Of a DNA stretch of 64,000 nucleotides, positions 52,528-63,626 are shown piece by piece. This stretch comes from Ranitomeya imitator. Lineage: Eukaryota. Numbering within the stretch: the first letter of the stretch is position 1; every line of letters starts with the position of its first letter. The notes under the pieces were generated by a model. The model made no database searches and was not told where the DNA came from. It saw nothing but the letters and a program-made list of their open reading frames with translations. The position numbers were made by a program, and so were the translations under genes. The DNA lies in contig NC_091291.1 of NCBI RefSeq assembly GCF_032444005.1, positions 109,430,001-109,494,000 on the forward strand, given 5' to 3'.

Positions 52528-54134
52528 CAGTGGGGCAAAAAAGTATTTAGTCAGTCAGCAATAGTGCAAGTTCCACCACTTAAAAAGATGAGAGGCGTCT
52601 GTAATTTACATCATAGGTAGACCTCAACTATAGTAGACAAACTGAGAAAAAAAAAATCCAGAAAATCACATTGTCTGTTTTTTTAACATTTTATTTGCAT
52701 ATTATGGTGGAAAATAAGTATTTGGTCAGAAACAAAATTTCATCTCAATACTTTGTAATATATCCTTTGTTGGCAATGACAGATGTCAAACGTTTTCTGT
52801 AAGTCTTCCCAAGGTTGCCACACACTGTTGTTGGTATGTTGGCCCATTCCTCCATGCAGATCTCCTCTAGAGCAGTGATGTTTTTGGCTTTTTGCTTGGC
52901 AACACGGACTTTCAACTCCCTCCAAAGGTTTTCTATAAGGTTGAGATCTGGAGACTGGCTAGGCCACTCCAGGACCTTGAAATGCTTCATACGAAGCCAC
53001 TCCTTCGTTGCCCTGGCGGTGTGCTTTGGATCATTGTCATGTTGAAAGACCCAGCCACGTTTCATCTTCAATGCACTTGCTGATGGAAGGAGGTTTGCAC
53101 TCAAAATCTCACGATACATGGCCCCATTCATTCTTTCATGTACCCGGATCAGTCGTCCTGGCCCCTTTGCAGAGAAACAGCCCCAAAGCATGATGTTTCC
53201 ACCACCATGCTTTACAGTAGGTATGGTGTTTGATGGATGCAACTCAGTATTGTTTTTCCTCCAAACACGACAAGTTGTGTTTCTACCAAACAGTTCCAGT
53301 TTCGTTTCATCAGACCATAGGACATTCTCCCAAAACTCCTCTGGATCATCCAAATGCTCTCTAGCAAACTTCAGACGGGCCCGGACATGTACTGGCTTAA
53401 GCAGTGGGACACATCTGGCACTGCAGGATCTGAGTCCATGGTGGCGTAGTGTGTTACTTATGGTAGGCCTTGTTACATTGGTCCCAGCTCTCTGCAGTTC
53501 ATTCACTAGGTCCCCCCGCGTGCTTCTGGGATTTTTGCTCACCGTTCTTGTGATCATTCTGACCCCACGGGGTGGGATTTTGCGTGGAGCCCCAGATCGA
53601 GGGAGATTATCAGTGGTCTTGTATGTCTTCCATTTTCTAATTATTGCTCCCACTGTTGATTTCTTCACTCCAAGCTGGTTGGCTATTGCAGATTCAGTCT
53701 TCCCAGCCTGGTGCAGGGCTACAATTTTGTTTCTGGTGTCCTTTGACAGCTCTTTAGTCTTCACCATAGTGGAGTTTGGAGTCAGACTGTTTGAGGGTGT
53801 GCACAGGTGTCTTTTTATACTGATAACAAGTTTAAACAGGTGCCATTACTACAGGTAATGAGTGGAGGAAAGAGGAGACTCTTAAGGAAGAAGTTACAGG
53901 TCTGTGAGAGCCAGAAATCTTGATTGTTTGTTTCTGACCAAATACTTATTTTCCACCATAATATGCAAAAAAAATGATAAAAAAACAGACAATGTGATTT
54001 TCTGGATTTTTTTTTCTCAGTTTGCCTCCCATAGTTGAGGTCTACCTATGATGTAAATTACAGACGCCTCTCATCTTTTTAAGTGGTGGAACTTGCACTA
54101 TTGCTGACTGACTAAATACTTTTTTGCCCCACTG
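52528..54134 (-). mobile_element. Tc1 (IR/DR, DD34E) transposon, full length
   Basis: It has a TA TSD, the same TIRs and an open 340-aa ORF. Confidence 0.97.
52745..53767 (-). CDS. Tc1 transposase, 340 aa, open reading frame
   Basis: It has a paired-like HTH N-terminus with GAPRK, then WSDETK, HDNDPKH and NLIEN, with 34 residues between the second D and the E. Confidence 0.93.
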   Translation of the reverse strand: MVKTKELSKDTRNKIVALHQAGKTESAIANQLGVKKSTVGAIIRKWKTYKTTDNLPRSGAPRKIPPRGVRMITRTVSKNPRSTRGDLVNELQRAGTNVTRPTISNTLRHHGLRSCSARCVPLLKPVHVRARLKFAREHLDDPEEFWENVLWSDETKLELFGRNTTCRVWRKNNTELHPSNTIPTVKHGGGNIMLWGCFSAKGPGRLIRVHERMNGAMYREILSANLLPSASALKMKRGWVFQHDNDPKHTARATKEWLRMKHFKVLEWPSQSPDLNLIENLWRELKVRVAKQKAKNITALEEICMEEWANIPTTVCGNLGKTYRKRLTSVIANKGYITKY

Positions 54135-55225
54135 TACATCACACAAGCACAGCACATACATCACACAAGCACAGCACATACATCACACAAGCATAGCGCA
54201 CACATTACACAAGCACAGCACATGCATCACACAAGCACAGCACATACATCACACAAGCACAGTGCATACATCACACAAGCATAGCGCACACATTACACAA
54301 GCACAGCACATGCATCACACAAGCACAGCACATACATCACACAAGCACAGTGCATACATCACACAAGCACAGCACACACTTTACACAAGCACAGCACATA
54401 CATCACACAAGCATAGCACATACATCACACAAGCACAGCACATACATCACACAAGCACAGCACATACATCACACAAGCACAGCGCACACATTACACAAGC
54501 ACAGCACATACATCACACAAGCACAGAACATACATCACACAAGCATAGCGCACACATTACACAAGCACAGCACATGCATTACACAAGCACAGAACATACA
54601 TCACACAAGCATAGCGCACACGTTACACAAGCACAGCACATGCATCACACAAGCATAGCGCACACGTTACCCAAGCACAGCACATGCATCACACAAGCAC
54701 AGCACACACTTTACACAAGCACAGCACATACATCACACAAGCACAGCAGATACTGTACATCACACAAGCACAGCACACACTTTACACAAGCACAGCACAT
54801 ACATAACACAAGCACAGCACATACATCACACAAGCACAGCACATACTGTACATCACACAAGCACAGCACACACTTTACACAAGCACAGCACATACATAAC
54901 ACAAGCACAGCACATACATCACACAAGCACAGCACATACTGTACATCACACAAGCACAGCACAAACTTTACACAAGCACAACACATACATAACACAAGCA
55001 CAGCACATACATCAAACAAGCATAGCGCACGTCACATAAGCTTTGTGCAAGTCACTCATGCACAGCGCACACATCACACAAGCGCAGCACATATGTTACA
55101 CAAGCACAGAGCATGTCGCACAAGCACAGCCCACTTGTCATATAAGCACATAGGACGCATTACACAAGCACAGTGCATACACCACTCAAGAATAGCTCAC
55201 ACATTACACAAGCACAGTGCATAGG
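54135..55225. repeat. 22-bp minisatellite, right block
   Basis: It has the same unit and degenerates toward 55225. Confidence 0.95.
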
Positions 55226-55783
55226 GCACACAAACATAGTGTTTTATCTGCTGCACATCTACCAGTTCTCTAAATGCTGAGCTCTTTATAACCCTGCCCA
55301 CATCACTGTTTGGCAGCCTTCTGTGTATACTGTGCATAGGCAGAAAGCTGACAATCAGTGTTGGGGAGGGGTTACATAGAGCTCATAAATTAGGAGGACT
55401 ACATGGCAACAGATTTATTAGTCCTGTAGCAATAATCTCCTCTTGATAAAAAAGGAATTTTACAAAGATTATAGCAAGCAGCCCAGTAAGTGACACATCA
55501 CTGGAATCAGGGTCTCTGCCCCTATATTATACTTATCTCAGATTAGGTGGAAAAAACCTAATGGCAGATTACCTTTAGGTGTACCATTCTTCAAAGGCTC
55601 ATATGCATGTGTACCTTTTATTAATTTTGTAGGGACAGAGCAATGCAATCATATCAAAATATTGAAACAGTTTATTTAAATAGTGGCTGTTACTATATGT
55701 CTTCATTATTACATTTGAACATCTATCTTTATTATAATACACATTTTCATTTATTGTGTTTTTTTCTTTGTTTTTATTTTTAG

Positions 55784-55897
55784 TTTATGAGAAGCAATCT
55801 TTCACCATCCAAGAGCTGCTATCAAAAAGACTTTGTACAGTTCTCAGGCACTAAACCAGATCGAATACAGAGGAGATATTTCTTAAAAAGGATGGAG
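55784..55897 (+). CDS. CFAP107: CFAP107 exon 2
   Basis: A long polypyrimidine tract and tag precede it. It encodes FMRSNLSPSKSCYQKDFVQFSGTKPDRIQRRYFLKRME. The donor is GAG|GTAAA and the exon is 114 nt, phase 0. Confidence 0.82.
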
Positions 55898-56052
55898 GTA
55901 AAAAAAAGTTCCTTAATATTGAAACTGAGCCTTCTGGATTGAGCTTTTGTTTAGTTTAGCATTATGATAGTTAATATGTGCTAAACACGACAATCATTAA
56001 CCATGAAAGCTGCAGTTGAGCTTGAAAACACACCTGGCTCCTTATAGGGGTG

Positions 56053-57086
56053 TGTGGCATCCCAGGAGTCAGGTTGCCACAATGGCATTGCCTTCCACAT
56101 GGGGGAGGGTGATGTCATGCCTGGAAGTAAGGAGGGATCCCCTTAGCAGGTAACACAAACATACAACACCTTCCTGACTCCAGACCAGAAGGGGGAGCTC
56201 TAAACCCGGTTTCAGGGGAACTTCCCTATAAGTTCTGGTCTGGAGGCTGGGTTAGAGAGTTTACTGTGAGACAGTGAAGGGAGAGGAAGCATGTGAGGGG
56301 AGAGACTGGGAGTGGAACTGTGACTGAGCTCTTCTCAGGATTAAGCACAAAAGAAACCGGACACCGGAGTCCGTGGTTGCACGGGTACTAAAGGCCCAGC
56401 AACTAGAACCAGAGGGCAGGAGATTGCAGGTCTCCTGGCCCATCTAACACCTGGAGGCACCACAACAGGTCAGGAGCCTGGGGCTGCCAGTGAGAAGACA
56501 GTGCCCATGAAAGGCTCATGCTGTGAACCATATGGGTTAGGAGTAACAGACACCAAGAGGAACTTGTGTAAAGCTTCAGGCAGCAAGGGACAGAAAATAC
56601 AGCACAGAAGAAAGGCCTCCGAACCCACCTGGCTAGGTGGATCCCAAGTAACTCCCAGGCTGCCCGAATGCCATCAATACCTGCAACCTGTGCCCCGGAC
56701 TGCACCTGCAATTCACAAGTAAAAGGTAAAGGAAACTGCAACCCCTGTGTTCTCTAATTATTTCCTGTCCCCTCAGTCCTGCGCCCCACCGTCTATCATC
56801 CCTTACCAACTGCACCGGTAGCCTTGGGGCCCCACTACACCTGTGGGGAGCAGAACCATCTTCGCTGTGTTACCGTCTGCCCCAGCGGTCCCTTTAAGCA
56901 GCGTCGGCCATCCTGGCCAAACATCACAGGTGGCGTCACAAATTATCCCCCATAGACTTTATTTTCCACTTCCCTTCATTTTTGTTGGACGCCCAGGGCC
57001 ACGGACCGGGTCATCTCTTCCGTGACCACCCCTTTAAGTACCGCCGGACCTGGCCTGAGTACCCCACAGCACTAGCGGGTGCGCCA
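56053..57086 (+). mobile_element. Solo LTR related to 22866-24041
   Basis: It has TG...CA ends and shared 5' (GGGGGAG.GTGATGT.A) and 3' (CACAGGTGGCGTCAC...GGCCACGGAC) motifs. No TSD was seen. Confidence 0.65.
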
Positions 57087-57112
57087 TTTCCACTTCTAGA
57101 GGGTGCATTACA

Positions 57113-57490
57113 CTATATGGAGGACTAAGAGCGTACATTATGCTATATGGAAGACTTTGGAGGTACATTATACTATATGGAGGAATATGGGGAGTGCATT
57201 ATACTATATGGAGGACTATGGGGAGTGCATTATACTATAAGGAGGTCTATGGGGAGTACATTATACTATATGGAGGATTATGTGGTGCGTTATGCTTTAT
57301 GGAAGACTATGGGGTGCATTATGCTATATGGAGGACTATGGGGTGCATTATGCTATATGGAGGACTATGGGGTGCATTATGCTATATGGAGGACTATGGG
57401 GTGCATTATGCTATATGGAGGACTATGGGGTGCATTATGCTATATGGAGGACTATGGGGTGCATTATGCTATATGGAAGGCTATGTGCAG
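57113..57490. repeat. Minisatellite, 29-bp unit (TATATGGAGGACTATGGGGTGCATTATGC)
   Basis: The periodicity is directly visible, with about 13 units. Confidence 0.93.
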
Positions 57491-57657
57491 GCTATTATAA
57501 TATTTGGGAGGCTATTTGGGAGCCTTTTTACTGTATGTAAACAATTGTACAATGTGAATATTTGTGTGGGATCCATCATGCTATGGGGAGGGCTGTTTGG
57601 TGGCCATTATACAGTGTGAGGCCATTATACTGCATGTAGGCCCATTATACTACATGA

Positions 57658-58606
57658 TACAAAAACCAGGCAGCATACTAAATACCACAGAGAGGATAGA
57701 GCACTAGGTAGTGCCACACTGCCCCTCACCCGAAAGGGAACCCAACTCCATACAGACCATGGAAAATAGGAGTACACCAGGAGCATATAGGTAATTTGAA
57801 AAATGTAATATTTTATTAAATCACATATAATATCATATAATTTACATCTAAATTTGCAAAAACCAGTAATATACAAAAGAATCTAATAGAGTACAAAGCT
57901 AAAGGCCGCCGGCCGGAAACCATGTGACCGCTCACATGGTAGATATCGGCCAATGGATGCAGGATAGAACGGCGCATGCGTGCGCTGCCAGCCGAGTACA
58001 ACGTCACGGAAGGCGTCACACCCCGCACGGGCGCCTGGGAAACAGATCCAGGACGCACGCGCAAGGCCAGGACAGACGCCGCCGCGGCGGAGGACAAGTG
58101 AAGGAGCACAGCGCATGCGCACACCCGCAAAACACTGGCCACAGACCAGTCTGTGGTTTCCGGCCGGCGGCATTTAAGGGAGCCACATACACTCCTGGGC
58201 ATCTCCCCTTGAAAAAGCAACTTCACTCGTGGGCGAAACGCGCGTCGGGGGTCGGTCTGTGGATCTCATCCGGTGTGCCCCGTCTTGGTGCCTCGCATTG
58301 ATCTTCCTTGGGTAAGAGCCGCTCTTATTCACCTGTCACCTTACGCCGCTTCTGGCATTTCACATGGACAGTGTGACAGGTAGTTGGCAGCTGTACATTT
58401 CTTCCACCTTTTGGTATGCATGTTGGCTCTGATGACGGTGTACACCGGGGGATGCTCACTCACGTTTTTACCATCCTTTAGCTTTGTACTCTATTAGATT
58501 CTTTTGTATATTACTGGTTTTTGCAAATTTATATGATATTATATGTGATTTAATAAAATATTACATTTTTCAAATTACCTATATGCTCCTGGTGTACTCC
58601 TAGTTT
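57658..58606. mobile_element. Penelope-like (pLTR) non-autonomous insertion with inverted arms
   Basis: It has a 16-bp direct repeat CCATTATACTACATGA at 57642-57657 and 58607-58622, inverted arms at 57759-57905 and 58475-58610, and contains a hammerhead motif. Confidence 0.7.
58204..58251 (+). ncRNA. Minimal type-I hammerhead ribozyme, U3-A8 variant
   Basis: It reads TCCCC-TTGAAAA-A-GC...GC-GAA-ACGCGCGT-C-GGGGG. Stem I is 5 bp, stem III is palindromic and the triplet is GUC. Confidence 0.6.
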
Positions 58607-59158
58607 CCATTATACTACATGAAGGACTGTATGGTGGATCACAGTTGGAGGATCATACTGTGTTGGGGTCACCATACTTTTCTGGGGGAGTTGAGGGGTG
58701 GGTACAGTAGGATCATCATACTGTGCATGTCTAGGGTACTGTGCAAGAATTCAATATGGGGTATCACAGTGTTTGTGTGGCACTTTTGTTGGCATCATAC
58801 TTTATGGGTGCAATGAATGGGAATCTAGGGCTCCAGCAGGAGGAAAATTACTTTACAAAGGCTGCTAAGTTGTGAGATATGCTCTTCTGTTACCCTGCTG
58901 AATATTCTTACTTTTCCTTTTTTGGGGGGGAAGGTTGGAGCAATTAGAACTTCTGCTCTGGAGCCCTATGATTTCTATGTACACCCCTGGCATCACATTA
59001 TGCCTTTAGTTCCAGATTATGGCAGCCCGTTGTAATTAGCGCACATCCAATGATTTCAGTGCCTTGCAGTCATGTCCATTGTGACTTTCTTGCTGTAAAA
59101 GCCAATTCCGAAAAACTGAAAACTGGGGAAAATGACATATTTGTATTCCATATTCCAG

Positions 59159-59333
59159 GGTTTACCAGGACATCATTTGCTGTCCCATCACGGAGAGCCC
59201 GGTTCTGGACACTTAGTCTCACACTATGACGACCATTACATAAGACGCGGCAACTCTACTTTGCCTCCTCTTCGGAGTTGGGATAGAAACTGTCTGACCT
59301 GGGCTCCAGAGAAATCTGACTTTCCTTCTACGG
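59159..59333 (+). CDS. CFAP107: CFAP107 exon 3
   Basis: The acceptor is ttccag. It encodes GLPGHHLLSHHGEP...SHYDDHY...LPPLRSW...WAPEKSDFP, conserved family motifs. The donor is G|GTAAA (phase 1). Confidence 0.9.
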
Positions 59334-59669
59334 GTAAAAGAAAAGTTTATTTAATTTTTCTTATTCCATTTCAATAGTATCAGAATGTTTAATTCAGCAA
59401 TTTCCCGGTGTCAGACGTGATCCCGCAGCTTAGGCCTCATTCAGATGTCTGTTTTAAACAGACAGAATGTGCATTTATTACCCTGTAACGACCTGTTCAC
59501 ATGTCCGTGTTTTTTTGTGTCCGCAAATAATCATGGAGACATGTCAAATTTCATCACTTTTTTAAATCAAAATCACCCATAGAAGTCTATGGGTCTGTAA
59601 AAATCCCAGCTAGCACACGGATGGTGTCAGTGTACACCCCATGTACTCCCCATTGCAGTGGAAAGGAAA

Positions 59670-61340
59670 TGGGCCAAATCCTCACTTCCAGGACTCCTTG
59701 TTCTTCTTTACGCAGATAATAGTTATTGATGACATTGGCCGTATGTTTGGGGTCTTTGTCCAGCTGCATACTAAATTTGGAGCCAATCAGAAGCCTCCCT
59801 GATGGTCTACGTGATGGATAAGTAACTGCCTGTATTTCTCAGCATTGAGATCCTGAACAAATCCCCAACTCAATTTGTTGAAATGTAACCCCAAACGTGC
59901 AGGACCCTCCTCTGTGGTTCACTGTTGCCTGCAGACCCTCATTATTGTACCCCTCTCCAAAAAACTGTCTGCTGTTACAACCAAATATTTCACATTACTC
60001 CAGGGAACCTGCTGCCATTTTGCTAGCCAGACTTTTCTGAATAGAAGTTGGGTGCATCTGGGTCCCACTGGTTGTTGCCAGTTCTGCACTGATGGCACTG
60101 CTGGAAATCTTCCAATTTAGCAGGAAACTAAGCATGATGTGTCTTTCATCTGCTGCACTAAAGGTACCTTCACACATAAGGATTTCGTTAACGATATCGT
60201 TGCATTTTGTGACGTAGCAACGATATCGTTAACGAAATCGTTATGCGTGACAACGACCAACGATCAGGCCCCTGCTGGGAGATCGTTGGTCGTTGGGGAA
60301 TGATCAGAACCTTTTTTTGGTCGCTGATCACCCGCTGTCATCGCTGAATCGGCGTGTGTGACGCCGATCCAGCGATGTGTTCACTGGTAACCAGGGTAAA
60401 TATCGGGTTACTAAGCGCAGGGCCGCACTTAGTAACCAGATATTTACCCTGGTTACCATTGTAAAAGTTAAAAAAAAAAAAAACAGTACATACTTACATT
60501 CCGATGTCTGTCACGTCTCCCGCCGTCAGCTTCCCGTACTGACTGTCAGCACCGGCCGGCCGTAAAGCAGAGCACAGGGGTGACGTCACCGCTCTGCTTT
60601 ACGGCCGGCGCTTACACAGTGCAGGGAAGCTGACGCCGGGGGACGTGACAGACATTGGAATGTGAGTATGTACTGTTTTTTTTTTTTTTACTTTTACAAT
60701 GGTAACCAGTGTAAATATCGGGTTACTAAGCGCGGCCCTGCGCTTAGTAATCCCAATATTTACCCTGGTTACCCGGGGACTTCGGCATCGTTGAAGAAAG
60801 TTTCAACGATGCCGAAGTCTTTCCCCTGATCGTTGGTCGCTGGAGAGAGCTGTCTGTGTGACAGCTCTCCAGCGACCACACAACGACTTACCAACGATCA
60901 CGGCCAGGTCGTATCGCTGGTCGTGATCGTTGGTAAGTCGTTTAGTGTAACGGTACCTTAAGTTTCCTTGGCCGAACTACTGCGACAACGGTCTTCAGCT
61001 TTGCTTATTTCTTGTTGCTTCTTCAAAAAAAACTTGAACAGCACAACTTGAAACCCCAGCCTTCTTTACATAGTTAATATGGAAAAAAGACACATGTCCA
61101 TCAACTTCAAGCAAGGGATGCTTTGAACTCTTGCCTGCTGGAGACCTTGCTGTTGCACTATAACTACCTTGTGTCTTGCTGCTGTGCTCATTCTGCGGCA
61201 TGAATCTGTCTTCCACAACCTCACCTTTATAGCAGAGTTTGGCTATTCCCCAGGGAGTTTTTAAAAGAACAAGTGTGTCTTTACGCAGTCTGATATTGGC
61301 AACACTGATTGGAGAGTGTCAGTATGTAGGGACAAGCCGC
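59670..61340 (-). mobile_element. Old Tc1 remnant split by a MITE at 60162-60958
   Basis: The minus-strand QLDKDPKHTANV...LEVRIWP resembles the QQDNDPKHT...WP motif. The sequence is continuous across the MITE's TAA TSD. Confidence 0.6.
60162..60958. mobile_element. PIF/Harbinger-like nested-palindrome MITE
   Basis: The termini are TAA|AGGTACCTTCACAC...GTGTAACGGTACCT|TAA, with the same internal hairpins as 2209-2941. Confidence 0.82.
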
Positions 61341-61490
61341 CAACTCGTCACAGTTATCAATTTAGTCATACGCTTCTTTTAAAAAAACAAGAGGAGAAGA
61401 CATTATAAATAATAAGAATTCTAGAATTGCTAATTCATAAAGATTGTCAGCTTTTACAGAAACACTTCATGAGTCACTTATCATAAATAT

Positions 61491-62491
61491 AAATAGAAAG
61501 AAGTCTAGCACTCAACTTAAGCGGCAAAAGATTTGATTTATTTGTAGCACTCGAAACGTTTCAGTCCATAAGGACTTTCTTCAGTCACTACAAAGTCATA
61601 ACAAAATAAACAAAATAAAGAGTACAACCAGTACAAAACAACGAAAGTATATACAAATGACAAAAAAACAAAATATCATATAAACATATAAAGCCGATAA
61701 CAATGAGGACATCATAAACGATCATATCTGAGTAAATATATGAAGGCAGTGGATATATAGCAAATAGCTCCGCTCAGTGCCAAATGAGGTGATAGTGAGT
61801 TGTTGTGAGGACCGATATAGCCAGAAGAAAGCAAAAAGGGAACAAAAAACGTACCGTGCCGTTAGAAGCCCGTAGGGCTGGGTTCAGAAAGAGCAGGGAT
61901 GCACAGAATGTGCCTAATAAAATGCAGAAAGAAGACAATCGGTAAATGGAGCAGGGAGTTCCCCCTGCTCCATTTACCGATTGTCTTCTTTCTGCATTTT
62001 ATTAGGCACATTCTGTGCATCCCTGCTCTTTCTGAACCCAGCCCTACGGGCTTCTAACGGCACGGTACGTTTTTTGTTCCCTTTTTGCTTTCTTCTGGCT
62101 ATATCGGTCCTCACAACAACTCACTATCACCTCATTTGGCACTGAGCGGAGCTATTTGCTATATATCCACTGCCTTCATATATTTACTCAGATATGATCG
62201 TTTATGATGTCCTCATTGTTATCGGCTTTATATGTTTATATGATATTTTGTTTTTTTGTCATTTGTATATACTTTCGTTGTTTTGTACTGGTTGTACTCT
62301 TTATTTTGTTTATTTTGTTATGACTTTGTAGTGACTGAAGAAAGTCCTTATGGACTGAAACGTTTCGAGTGCTACAAATAAATCAAATCTTTTGCCGCTT
62401 AAGTTGAGTGCTAGACTTCTTTCTATTTGTATTGAAGGTCTGGGAACCTAGTCTAAGCACCACAGTATAGCTGTGCACACGGTGTTTTCTC
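61491..62491. mobile_element. Penelope-like palindromic insertion (938-bp palindrome plus 63-bp tail)
   Basis: It has a 17-bp TSD TCACTTATCATAAATAT (61474-61490, 62492-62508), arms at 61491-61956 and 61963-62428, and a hammerhead followed by AATAAA in each arm. Confidence 0.8.
62328..62375 (+). ncRNA. Minimal type-I hammerhead ribozyme (mirror copy at 61544-61591, minus strand)
   Basis: It reads GTAGTGA-CTGAAGA-A-AGTCC-TTAT-GGACT-GAA-ACGT-T-TCGAGTGCTAC. The core is intact, stem II is 5 bp and the triplet is GUU, with predicted cleavage after 62364. Confidence 0.72.
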
Positions 62492-62901
62492 TCACTTATC
62501 ATAAATATGGCATGTCATTTATGTATGCGGTGTAAATGCCGCTCTCCTCCTAAACCCAACCTTGTTTTTCTTTTGTTTCTGTCCCTCATCGTTCCTGAGA
62601 TATGGCCGTTTCATCCTTGTATATGAATCTAGTCTTGACGGTCAAGTGGGCGGGACCTCAATGGGTTTTGTGGGAGTCACCGCCCTATTGGCTAAAAAGA
62701 GTGACATTTATATACACGTAAGACATGATCATATTTCAGGAATGAAGAGGCGCGGGAATAAAAGAAATACAGCGCCAGAGTCAGGAGAACAGCGGCATTT
62801 ACACCAGATAAATTACATATTTATGACAAATTACAGGTCTTAAGAAGATTTACATAAAAAAGGAGTAAAAGAGGGTGAAATAATATTTGTCTCTTTTTCA
62901 G

Positions 62902-63182
62902 ATCCTCCAACCAATTTTGGGCTTTTGCAAGAAAAGCAAAAAAACTGGAGAAAGCAAATCTCTGAAGAGCCGAGAAGCGTTTACTCTGCGTCATACCGGC
63001 AACCACCACCCTCCGCCCTCATCACCGTCCGCTACGGCGTGGCTCCCCGCATCCTGTCCAGCACTGTGCATCAGCCCAATAATACCAACAAAGCTTTAGA
63101 CTTTAAATGTCAAACGTACCTTCAAGTCCCAGACGACCTAGTTAGAAGAACTAACCACAACCTGACAATAGACTCATCCTAA
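62902..63182 (+). CDS. CFAP107: CFAP107 exon 4 (terminal)
   Basis: The acceptor tttttcag|AT gives (D)PPTNFGLLQEKQKNW...SVYSASYRQPP, ending in TAA at 63180-63182. The spliced CDS is 681 nt (226 aa). Confidence 0.87.
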
Positions 63183-63626
63183 CGCAATTCATAGAAATCT
63201 GACTATTCCACCATTAGCAATTTGTCTTACAAGATCAATGTGATGATGATACATTGTAATTAATAACTTCAAAATTATTTTTTGCGATTTTCTTTTCATG
63301 AAAATGTAACCACAGTTTAGTATAGTGGATGATTGAAATCCTGACATTTTATCCTATGAAAGTTGTCATGTGAAAATGACCCAAAGGGTTGGTGTATATG
63401 CAGATATGCCCCAAGGTGGGCATTTTGGGGTATTAGGATGTTTGAGTAATGCTGGGTAGACAAGTGTAACTTAAAACTGTTGCAAAAGAGGATTCAAACA
63501 TGACCTGGATAAATAAGTACCGTATATTGTGTCGTGGATACAGCTAAAACACAATATGGAGAAAGTATTGGAACACGTGTCCTAATTATTGATTTCAGGT
63601 TTCTCATTCAGTCTCTTTGCCCCGGT

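Noticed and set aside
50814-53858. Two 246-aa ORFs antisense to the Tc1 transposases
   Set aside because: They are shadow frames of the transposase and have no independent evidence.
46037-55224. His/Thr-rich ORFs of 621, 520, 427 and 366 aa
   Set aside because: They are translations of the 22-bp satellite inside CFAP107 intron 1.
58420-58455. CTGATGA followed by the CGGTGTACACCG hairpin
   Set aside because: No GAAA or stem III follows, so it cannot be called a ribozyme.
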